Shown: positions 11,335 to 21,727 of the stretch, piece by piece
Numbering within the stretch: position 1 is the first letter of the stretch
Layout: the number at the start of each line of letters is the position of its first letter
NCBI RefSeq assembly: GCF_038025025.1
Contig: NW_027117340.1
Location: 1,798,001-1,862,000, forward strand
DNA from: Phyllosticta citribraziliensis
Taxonomy: Eukaryota
Reading direction: 5' to 3'
DNA length: 64,000 nt
Notes under the pieces: model-generated
The model's database searches: none
Told to the model about the DNA's origin: nothing
Seen by the model: the letters and a program-made list of their open reading frames with translations, nothing else
Translations under genes and position numbers: made by a program

Positions 11335-12125
11335 ATGTGCGCCGCAAAGAACAGAAAGCGCAATAACAAAGGCAAGAAAGCGTAAGTTTCTCCGGTCCCG
11401 GGACGAAAAGAACCACTTGCTGACTGCAAATTAACTCAGTTCGAACGCTCCGGTGGCCGTCGCCTCTGAGCCTGGCAACGCATCCAGCCAACCACTCTCA
11501 GCTGAAGCCGACAACGCCAGCCCAGCCGCGGAGGCCGAAGACCGGCAAGCCCTCGCCGACGAAGTTCACCGCTCACAGCAGGAGCTCCTCGGCCGACTCC
11601 GTGCCGAGAATGAAAAGGCGGACGAGATCCTCCGCGGGGCTCAAGCGATGCAGGCAGAGATGGGTGCCCTCAGAGATAAATTGAGAATGTCGAAGTCCTC
11701 AGAGGCGCACGGCGACGCCAGCAGCCAGCCAGAGCGCTGCTCCTGCGCCATCCAGTGGCCGAACGCAGAACGCCAGCAGTTGGCGTGGCTCCATATCGTG
11801 GATCGGGAATTGGGCCATAGATTCAATCCCGGGGAGCACGGCTTCTTTCGCTACCTGCCCGCTCCAGAAGGCCAGAACGACGACGAGAACGAAGTGTTCT
11901 ACCGCCACGAGAACACCGCCTGCGAGATTTGCGGAGGCGCCAGGTGCAAGGTCAGCGGACCCTGGAGCAGAGTGGAAGCGTTCTCCTTGGTGTCCAGGAA
12001 GATCTTAGGGGAGTTGATGACGGGCGAAATGTAAGCGAATTACGCCTGTGAAGGCCTGCTTCCTTCATTCTTTTGGAATGGAAACTGACGAAGCTCTTAC
12101 CAGGATCCCGATAATGCCGACGTGA
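11335..12125 (+). CDS. Uncharacterised protein, tandem family member D (213-219 aa), with basic N-terminus and coiled-coil-like segment
   Basis: Exon 11335-11381, phase-2 intron 11382-11439 (GTAAGT..GCTGAC..CAG), exon 11440-12030, putative intron 12031-12103, exon 12104-12125 (stop at 12034 if unspliced). Motifs IVDREL..EHGFFRY, KVSGPWSRVEA. Confidence 0.8.
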
Positions 12126-12544
12126 GGCCCGGAGGAGGCTCAGCCGTCTTTTCTGCTCTAGGAACGAATTACAAGTCCGGCGACAAACTATCTGGCACAG
12201 GCATGCAGTGGGAGTAAGTCGGATTAGACGACAACGCAGGACTTTGGCGGGATTTTGCGCTTGGGATGAACAACGCCGGCGGGCTTTGGCAAGACTAGAC
12301 GTAGAGCTTCGGACGTATGTGCCAGGCTAGCATGTAGCAATCAGTCCAAAACACCTCAACGAGTCCTCTCTTTCGCGGTGACCTGGGTGCTCACCATAAT
12401 CAAGTTTTGTCAGTGATGTTCCTTCTGTTTGGGCGCCCTCGGACCACATTCGTGGCTTTTGACACCCCACCATCCGCAGGCAAGAACCTCTACGTTGCTG
12501 ACCCATCACACGCGGAGCACGGATCGCCTCGGTCTGTAAAGTTG

Positions 12545-12918
12545 GAACTGGCGCGCCAATCAGCCAACGAGCGCAAATGGGACTGTGCGCCTAGGGACAT
12601 GAGCGTAGTCCCATTCTGTCCAACTTCCAACATGGCAGGTCGAAAATCTCGAATTGCCGGCCAATCAATGGGCGAGCGCGAAGGGGACTGTGCACCAAGG
12701 GACATGAGCGTAGTCCCAATTTGTCAACTTCCAACATGGCGTTCAAAAAATCTCGAATTGCCGGCCAATCAACAAACGAGCGCAAAGGGGACTGTGCGTC
12801 GAGGGCGAGCTAAAGGCGAGCGCCTGTTCCCAATCGGTCAACTTCCAACATGGCGTTCAAAAATCTCGAATTGCGGGCCAATAGGCAGACGAGCGCAAAG
12901 AGGACTGTGCGCCAAGGG
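12545..12918. repeat. Imperfect tandem repeat, ~3.5 copies of a 104-113 bp unit
   Basis: Units start at 12545, 12651, 12755 and 12868. Shared blocks: GAATTGCCGGCCAATC, CGAGCGCAAAGGGGACTGTGC, CAACTTCCAACATGGC, AAAATCTC. Confidence 0.95.
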
Positions 12919-15900
12919 TCCAGGAGAGGGTGGTGTCGGTGGAGCAGCTGTACCGCCGGCTCGGAAACGACGGAGGCTCGTGGATCAGCTACTTCCGCCT
13001 GTTGCAGAGCGAAGCAGGAAGATAGCGAGACTTGGGTCGTCTTTGCCCTTGGTGATTTTCTTTCCTTGCACTGGCCTGAAAGTGCGCTGACTTTCTCAAT
13101 CGGATTCATGACGACGGATTGACGGCGGTGACAGCCTGAGGCAAAGTGCCCTTCAACACTTCATGTTTACTTCGGCAACGCAAGACCGTCCAGCTGCGAT
13201 GCATTCCCCCAAGGTCGGCGTGCACTCCGGCTGATAACGAACCAAAGAAAGCAAGGTTGACGTGACGGAAAAGATTCTTCAAGACCTATCGCCTGTGATC
13301 TTGAGAGCCCGAATGATTTGGGTTTTCGTGCTGGATGGAGGCGAACATCCTGAATTGTAGGTCTGAGACCCTGTGGGAAATGCTTCGTGCCTTGAAAGAC
13401 TGAAGGAAAGATCGAAAAAGGAAAGCGGGAGCATCCAAACAACGCCGATGCACCAAGGAACTACAGCGATTTCACGATGACTTGTTGATAAATGCCCCCG
13501 AGAAGGAGCGAATGTCTGCCGCGATCTTTGTGTCAACTTTCATGGAAGCAAAGGCAAGAGCATCAAGCTTACCATGTCAACCACTACGCCAAACACCCCT
13601 TCGGCCATCGAGCATCTCCGTCTTACATCCGATGGCCAACACGGGAGAACGGCAAACCGTCAAAAAGTCGACGAAGGCGACGTCAAAAGAAGCCGCGATA
13701 GTCCGACACGGTTCCAGGCGGGCGCAGAGACCTACGGACCCACACCTGTGCAGAATAGCCCTGCCCTACGCGATGTCTCATCCCACGCTCTCTCGGTGCA
13801 ATTCTTCGCGAGCGAATGGGGTGTTTGGTTTCGACTCCACTTGTTCCCCACCCCCACTCCCCCACGGATTACTTACATGCTGGCTCATACATCTTCGTAC
13901 GGGTGCAGATGTAGGCGTACATCCTGCTGGAGCCATGTGACCGCTAGCGTGGCACGGCGGTACCAAAGAGCCAGAACGGGGCAATCTGATCACCCGGTCT
14001 GCCGGGCTGATGAGCCGGAACAATGGTTGGCTGGCTGGAGGCGTGTGGGGATGATAGTGGAGAGCTTGTGAGTGGAGTCGCAAAAAGAGCGAGGAGAGCC
14101 AGACGCGCCATTCGCGCCAGGAGATACGCAAAGACGAGCGAAGGATGGGAAGTGGGTGCCGAAGCTGTCAGGTGGAGACGATGCCAAAGTTAAACGGAGG
14201 GGTGTGCTGCAAGTGGTTTGTGTGCTACAGTCAGAACTGGGTTGCTTTGCAGGTAGCTTTGAGCAACAATAGACTCTGAGAGGCCCCAAACTATGCGCGC
14301 GGAGTGTGTTGATGTCTGGAGCATTCCAGACAAGCAAGCCCATGCCTGAACCGAAGGGCCCAAGCATTCGTTCAGTAGGGATCTGTTGGGTCCTGTCCCG
14401 TTGCTTTAATTCGTTAATAAGCGTCCGTAAAAGGCAACTGGTCCAGTGACAGAAGCTAGGAATAGAAAATGTTTGGGTTCCAGGTTCCCTCCTTGACTGG
14501 CCGAGTGTCGACGCAATTTTGACCATTAGAGCCACGCTTGGAAACACGTTCATATTACGTGAAGGGATGGATCCATGGTCGTTGATCGAGCAGAGGATTC
14601 GCGGGCATCGACAACTGCCAACCACGACGGTCGGTGCCGCGTGTTGGACGACATGGACGGCTGCCGAGAAGAGAAAGCGCAACAGACCGAACTTGGCTAG
14701 GTCGACTGATGGCGAACTGGTGTCGTGGCTACAAGTGACAATCAGTCAGCCAGCAAGGCAGGGTATCACCTGCATCAGGCTAGCCGTGTTCGCGGCATCG
14801 GGAGGGATTGTGGGGTAAGCGGGCGGTAAGTCGATTGGGTTGGGTTGTGCACTGAAACGGTGTCATCAAGAAACCCCCAGAGTTCCTCGCACCCGGCCAC
14901 TGGTCAGGCTAGCTTGGGTTCCCCGGAGGATTTTTTCCCTGATGCCAAAGTGCAGGACGTCAACATTGACGCGTCCTGGCTGGCCAGTTCAAAGGCTCGT
15001 TTTGGAACAGAGCTGCTGGAGCCCGATGGCCGATGAGCGGGACAAGAGGTAGGTAATGGTTGCATCAAGCAGATTCCAGAAACGGCGACGGCCAAAGCAT
15101 GGTGGGTTTGGCGCCAGTTTGCGGCTGAGATGAGTGTCCAGCGTCGTGGTGCACGGCATGAATCAAGAAGCAGGCTCGCGTGAGGGGTCGCGAGCGCTGA
15201 AGGATGTAGCAGAGCGAATCGGCAGCGGAGGCCGTGTGGAGAAGCAGAAAGCGACGGCGAGGGTGGTGAGTGGTGAGGGGGTGGAGTACATGGCCGTACA
15301 GCGCAGAAGTAGGGTGTAGAGGAGGTTGTGGTCGCGTCGTGGTTGAACGGGAGTCGGCTACGGATCCCTGTAGCCGAGCAGCCGTGCGTCACCGGCGTGG
15401 GGGTCTTCCTCAGGTCTCTCTCTCCCCCGCGTCGCCACAGACGACAAACCATCTGGCAAACTGAACCTCCATGCACACCGCGCACCGCCTCATCCTCTGC
15501 TCCCGCTCCTCCCGCTCCCGCCGTCTTCTGATGCCTCGTCCCATCGTTGATGGATGAGCTGCATCGAGGTCTCATGACAGTCTCTGCCGTCACTTCTCGC
15601 ATCACACTCGCCCGGGCCATTCATCGGTTGAGAATCTCCGCCATGACAAAGAGAAGGCAGGGAGGAAATCAGATGATGGCTACCATCTTCGGTCCCAGCC
15701 AAGAGCTGCTCCACCACGTCTCTACTGGCCCCCCACGCTCCAGTCTCCATCCGCGAGAACCCCAGCTGCCGGGATTCCGCAACTTGTCAACCATCTCCTC
15801 GAGCCTGTTCCAAAGCCATCCCTCCCGTCTCAATACCTACTGCTACACCGCCAAGAACTAGCAGTGGCTCATCTATTCTTGTGCCTCGCCGCTCGAAACG

Positions 15901-16262
15901 CTTCAAAACACTTGGTCTCTTGTCAGGTAGCGGCTCCGCTTTGGTGATACCACGGTGACCTTAGCTCCCGAGAAGACGGCCTATCTTCTCCGGCTGTACC
16001 TTGATTCCAGACTGAGCTCCACTCCCAGACTGTCTGTTGTTCACGCTGACCCCCACGCTGCCTCCGCTCTAGGCAATCATTTAAGAAGGGCTTAGTGCTG
16101 TCTTCCCTGTCCCTGGTACCTTTGTTACAGCCTTCGAGTTCCTTTAAAGCACAACATCTATCCTCGTTTTGTGCCCATAGTTTTCTTTTTTCATTAACCA
16201 CCCTTCGGCACATGTGGCAGCTGCTTGAAGGATAGCTTTCGAACATCTTCAATACAAACTAC

Positions 16263-17300
16263 ATGTCACCTCACAAGAACAATCCCTCGCCTGTCAACTT
16301 GGCCAACATGACTGGAAGCAACACTCCTGCCACTTCTCGGATCGTCAACAACCGCGGGCGCCGTCCTCTCCCACCAGGTGTTTACGTCCCTACCGTCGCT
16401 TTCTTCGACCCCGTCACTGAAGACCTTGACCTTGACACTACCGCCTCCCATGCCATCCGCTTGGCTCAAGCTGGTGTAGCAGGCATTACCACACAGGGCT
16501 CAAATGGAGAAGCCGTTCACCTGTCACATCACGAACGGAAGCAAATCACCGCCACTACTCGAGAGGCGCTTGACGCCGCTGGATTCCCAACCGTCCCGGT
16601 CATGGTTGGTTGCGGTGCGCAATCAACTCGGGAAGCCATCCAGCTTTGCCAGGACGCTTACGATGCCGGTGGCGACTACGCGCTTGTCCTCCCTCCAGCC
16701 TACTACCAAGGGCTCTTCAACCAGGACTCGGTCAAATCCTTCTTCATCGACGTTGCAACCGCTTCGCCAATCCCCATTCTCATCTACAACTACCCTGGCG
16801 CAGTGTCCGGCCTGGATCTCTCTTCAGACGTCATCATTGCACTGGCCGAGCACCCCAACATCGTCGGTTGCAAATTGACATGTGGAAATACGGGCAAGCT
16901 GCAGCGCGTCACGGCTGCCACGCGCTCGTCGACCCTCTCCAAGCCTGGCACGGGATTCCTCTGCATGGGAGGTAGCGCCGACTTCATGCTACAAACCCTC
17001 ATCGCCGGCGGCAGCGGGGTCATCGGTGGGCTGGGCAACGTCGCTCCCAAAGCCATGGTGCGCATCATGCAGCTGTACGCATCGGGGTTGATTGAGGAAG
17101 CGCAGACATTACAGGAAGTGGTCGCGCGCGGCGACTGGGCAGCCATCCGCGGCGGCATCGTCGGCACCAAGAGTGCGCTCATGTCGTTCTTTGGATATGG
17201 CGGCTACGCACGCAAACCTCTGCCCAAGCCCAGTAAGGATGAGAGCAAGTTGTGGCGCGAGGCCTTTGACGAAATGGTCCAGGTGGAGAAGAGTCTGTAA
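16263..17300 (+). CDS. DHDPS/NAL-family class I aldolase (related to L-threo-3-deoxy-hexulosonate aldolase / HOGA-like)
   Basis: Intronless 345 aa ORF with PPGVYVPTVAFF, GSNGEAVHL, YNYPG and HPNIVGCKLTCGNTGK (Schiff-base Lys region). Confidence 0.92.
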   Translation: MSPHKNNPSPVNLANMTGSNTPATSRIVNNRGRRPLPPGVYVPTVAFFDPVTEDLDLDTTASHAIRLAQAGVAGITTQGSNGEAVHLSHHERKQITATTREALDAAGFPTVPVMVGCGAQSTREAIQLCQDAYDAGGDYALVLPPAYYQGLFNQDSVKSFFIDVATASPIPILIYNYPGAVSGLDLSSDVIIALAEHPNIVGCKLTCGNTGKLQRVTAATRSSTLSKPGTGFLCMGGSADFMLQTLIAGGSGVIGGLGNVAPKAMVRIMQLYASGLIEEAQTLQEVVARGDWAAIRGGIVGTKSALMSFFGYGGYARKPLPKPSKDESKLWREAFDEMVQVEKSL

Positions 17301-20012
17301 GAGTCAGGTTGGTGGTGTGGAAGGGCCGGCAGTGCGCTGACATCACTGGCCACGCGCGATGCCGAGGCGGCGCAGATGTCCGTGAGGGCCGGAGATCGAG
17401 TGCGCGGTACAACGGCGTTTGGTTTAATAGGTGGGTGGGTGGAAGTATCCCGCGTGGGTAGGTTCGCCTTGCCCGGGCTGGCTGAACAACATGTCCAGTG
17501 GATGGACAACGAGTGGGCTTGGAATCTTCTTGGACAGCCCGTCGGCAAAGCCAAATCGCCGCGTCTAGTCACTTTTCTACCTGCCTACCAACCCACATGA
17601 GCATTTTCCTCGGCTTGTCTTCGTTATCCGTTATCAATGCTTTTGCAATGTTTGCTGCTCGTCCGCTTTTGGTTTTGGCCGAAGCTTAAAAAGTTCCCTG
17701 CATTGATTTGCGCTGCCATGTCACCCCCTTGCGCCTATCACCATTGCTTCTGCCGCCGCCGCCTTATTTAAGCATAGCACGGATTTGCGCTGCGTTGCTG
17801 TGTCATTCGACCTGAGCCCAACCAGTCGCCCGATCATTTCCTCTTTCAGTCGCGCCCGTGTTTCCACGGCATGCGTGTGCTTTGACACACCCAACGTGGT
17901 GTACTCCTCGCTCAAATCCGCCGCATGAAGAGCTTTTCGACCGCAGGGCGAGCATCAGAAACAGAAAAAACAACGGTCTGAAAGAAAGGGACAGTCAACG
18001 GCAAAAGCGGGACTGCCCCCTTCATCATTCATTTAAAGAATTATTGCATACATGGACGGTACCAAAAAGGGCAAAGAAGAGCAAAAACTGAATTTGGAAG
18101 CGGAATGAGAGACTGGATCTGGCGTTTGTCCTTTCAAAGCCTTTTCTTACATGCCCCTCACTGACGTACTTTGACACCTACACATCACTACTCCAAAAGT
18201 TGTTTGAAGAACTAGAATGAGATCGGTTACTACTCAACATTCACACAGACAAAGCGTGAAACCGACGCCAGATTGGAACCATGCATCCGTTGACCGGTAG
18301 GAATTGACACACGCCGATACAGATTCTGCGGTGTGATGACCGTCTCTAAACTGTCTGAGCTCTTGTCACTGCACAGCTGACTTTTCTGAAGTAGCTGCTT
18401 TGCTTGGCTCCAGTTTGCAGGTGGCGGGCCTTGCATCACTGCCCAGTACTTCTAGCGTAAGCACGCTCTTCTCCGCCATACTACACTATGCCATGGCTCT
18501 TGGCCACCTTTCCACGCCGCAATCCAGCTGACCGACCGGCAATCATCGAGAGGTGGTCACAACCTCCGCTCAATCCCCTCAACACGACTGGCTGCCTGTT
18601 GACTTCGTTTCGAGGCCGCAAAGCGGCGAGGCAGCGGAATCGGAAAGGGCTTACGGCGGGACAAGCAAGTTACCGCGGGACGGGCCTCGATTGGAGCGGC
18701 GGGCCATCCCGCCGCTCAACTGGTCCGCTCGTCATCAAGAATCTCTGTTGCTGCATTGGGCAAGAGGCGGGGTTGGAAATATGCCCTGCGTGGGGGTCCA
18801 AACGGATCACCGAGCGGTGGACTTGGAGCACCTGCTTGCTCCAAAAACTGCAAGCGCGTCCGCCAATTGCGTCGAGTAAGCTCGTTGGATACCGGCGTAT
18901 CAGGAGGTCGCGGAGAAGGCACGAGGCACAGAGCTGCGACTCGTTACTGGAAAGCATTGACAAGTGTCGGTCCAGTTGAATCATGTCTGCCTACTAACGT
19001 ATGCAGGTGCGCGTAAAGGTACCGTACTTTCGCGCGGGGAGTAGGCGCGCGCCTCATGTATCTTCCTGTTCTCTTGCTGGCTTGGGCCAAGGAATTGGGT
19101 AGGCACGCCTGAGTGCATGCGTGGGATGATCACGTCGCTGTCGCAGCTTGCGTCAAGGTCGATGTCGAGTCTAGATTCCTGCGCTGCTGCTTTTGACTTT
19201 GAAGTACCGCCAGATCGTTGATGGAGATTCGGGAGAGCCACGTACAGTAGTTTGTTCCTCTTGCAGGGCGGAGTCCCAGCCGGTAAGCACTGAGTGGTCG
19301 GGTGTCGATCCAGTTCGAAGGGGAGACATCGGATGTGCGTTGAGCTTCTTGCGTGACTAAGAGACGGAGGTAGCGCATATGGACCCTCATGATGGTTTAG
19401 CAACTTCTCTTTGCCTGGGGCTCAAAAGGCAATTCTCCTGCCCCGAATTCTTGTGTTGCTTTCTGCGTGCCCTTGGACACCTTTCTTGGGCATCTTCCGG
19501 GACTCCCCTTTAAAATTGCGGTTAAGAATACCCCAATGGTCGATACTGCGGCAAGAATATACGTTTTGAGAGGATCATTAGCGGCTTGTGGATGTTCTGT
19601 CTCTGTTCCGATTGTACATATGGCAGGAAATTACGCGTGTAATTGAGAAGGCTCCATGGTCCGGTATCTAATTTGATCAATGTTCGCAAGCGTATTACAT
19701 CGAAGACGTAGCCATGATGCTTCAGACGTTCAATATCAGAGTCAACAAATACTCACGACCTCTAGATACAATGTCCAAGGCACGAATCTGCAAAACAATT
19801 GCGAGCTTCTCGTCCGGATGTTCCAGTACAAGCTCTTTGTTGAACGGAGATTAGCGGTCTCTGTCAGCTGGCCAATAAAATATTGTGTTAGGTTAGTTTC
19901 AGCTATAGACCGATTCCTCATTGTCATTTTATGTCTACATCGTGAGCGTTGCAAGTCAATTTTATTCCTCAACAGGAATGTCTTGAAAGCGGTCTACTAG
20001 GGGTAAATTGCT

Positions 20013-20234
20013 GACCCGTATAACAGACTTCGTCTTGCGACTGAGAACTTCTTGTTACTGCCATCCAGACGACGAAGGGCATGTAAACCATCAAAAGAAT
20101 CCGAATACGCTCGGGATCGCTCCGACCTGTATAACAAACTTCAACATCCGGTCCAAAACTTCTCATCTCTTCAATTCAGACCAAGAAGGGCATGTTTAAG
20201 CCATGGAGAATCCAGAAACATTCGAGAGCACTCG
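20013..20234. repeat. Degenerate 111-bp tandem duplication
   Basis: GACCCGTATAACAGACTTC..GAAGGGCATGT..GAATCC at 20013 matches GACCTGTATAACAAACTTC..GAAGGGCATGT..GAATCC at 20124. Confidence 0.7.
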
Positions 20235-20387
20235 GCTACTCCAGGCAAACGACGCGAACTGAAGGAGCGACTGCACGTGCACGGTGACAATGTCGCGATG
20301 TGACGTTGCCGCCAAGGATCACGACATGTTGTTTCGACCACGAATAAATACCCCGCGGTCCCACAATCAAACCCCACCACAGACGCA

Positions 20388-21424
20388 ATGGGGGACTCCC
20401 AGGTTGCAGATGACTTTTGGCTGTTTGGATATGGGTAAGTTGGCTCTCTTGCGATTTCCCTCGACCATACAAATCGCTGATACGTTTGCACAGAAGCCTC
20501 ATTTGGAAGCCTCCGCCGCACTTTGGTAATCCAGCTAGACCGCTAGCATTCTTCGGGCTGCCCGTATATCCCAAACGACTGACACACCACAGACGAGCGC
20601 GTCCCGGGATACATAGGGGGCTACGTGCGCCGGTTCTGGCAGGTACGTCGAGGATGAAGGCGCCTAGAAGCGGCTGGATGGCAGAAAGCCGAGCAGAGCA
20701 CAAGAGCTAAGGAAAGGGAACCCACCTACATGTAGGCAAGGTACACCGCCAGCATCGACGCGAACACGTCTGCGTATCCCGCGGTGAGCGCTGACACGTC
20801 CGCACAGCCAAGACCACCGAGGAACGCCTGAGGCCCCAGGGCGCGTTGCGACGCTCATCGACCGCGCGCACTGGGAGACGTTGACCGACCACGTTCGTGT
20901 CTTCCCCTTCCCCAGGTTCATGACCTAGCAGCAACGGCCCTGACAGCGCAAAGCACAACGCCCCCGCCGAGAGGGTCTGGGGCGCCGCTTACCACATCCC
21001 GTCGAGCCACGCCGCCGAGGTTCGCGATTATTTGGATATTCGCGAGATAAACGGATACAGCATCCAGTACACGCCATTCCACCCCGCTCCCACGGCGGAG
21101 AATCCGAAGCCGAGCCCCATACACTGCATGGTCTACATTGGGCTTCCTGAGAACCCGCAGTTTATGGGGCCACAAGATCCGCAGGCGTTGGCAGAACACA
21201 TTTTGGAAAGCAAGGGTCCCAGCGGGGAAAATAAGGAGTACCTTTACATGTTGGAGACTGCTTTGCTTGGACTGAGCCCGGAGAGCGGCGACGATCATGT
21301 CACTGACTTGGTCAGGAGGTGTCAGGAAATTGAGGCCAGAGCCATAGAAAGTGTGGCGGCCGAGAAAGGCAAGCATTTTGGCAGCAAGCTGTCTGGAGTC
21401 GGCACAGAAGAGGTCGAAAAATAG
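20388..21424 (+). CDS. GCG1: ChaC-family glutathione-specific gamma-glutamylcyclotransferase
   Basis: Spliced product MGDSQVADDFWLFGYG|SLIWKPPPHFD|ERVPGYIGGYVRRFWQ|AS|QDHRGTPEAPGRVATL...YLDIREINGY...GPSGENKEYL. Five introns, including a 5-nt micro-exon at 20736-20740. Confidence 0.93.
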
Positions 21425-21727
21425 ACGGCGCATTGGAGGGCAGAAGCATCTTCTTTGGCGTCCATGTTGGTCTCCAATCGCGTGAGTGTTTCGTGCAACC
21501 GTCCAATTGCCAGTTTGATTCGAAAGCAGCGTTATTTCAGCGCTCGCGTTGAGATCTAGTTTTGTCTTGCACGCTTCCCCAGATCTGAATGTTCCTCTTC
21601 AACAAGAGGAAACCGAAGGAAAATCATAAACGCTCAAAAGAAACTTTGCCCCCAGGCTCTCGGACTACAACAATATACAGATGGTTTGCCCGTTGCATTG
21701 TCTAGGCCCACCTTGATGATCCGTCGC

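Noticed and set aside
12545..12918. CRISPR-like array
   Set aside because: The context is eukaryotic, whole units are repeated (no unique spacers) and there are no cas genes.
12407..13090. 227-aa ORF across the tandem repeat
   Set aside because: It reads successive repeat units in different frames (periods 106/104/113) and starts at a non-ATG codon, so it is most likely incidental.
13482..15861. Several overlapping 60-240 aa ORFs
   Set aside because: No recognisable motif, consistent splice model or codon bias; cannot be supported as genes.
1100..16200. Starship or other giant mobile element
   Set aside because: No tyrosine-recombinase captain, transposase or terminal direct repeats could be identified.
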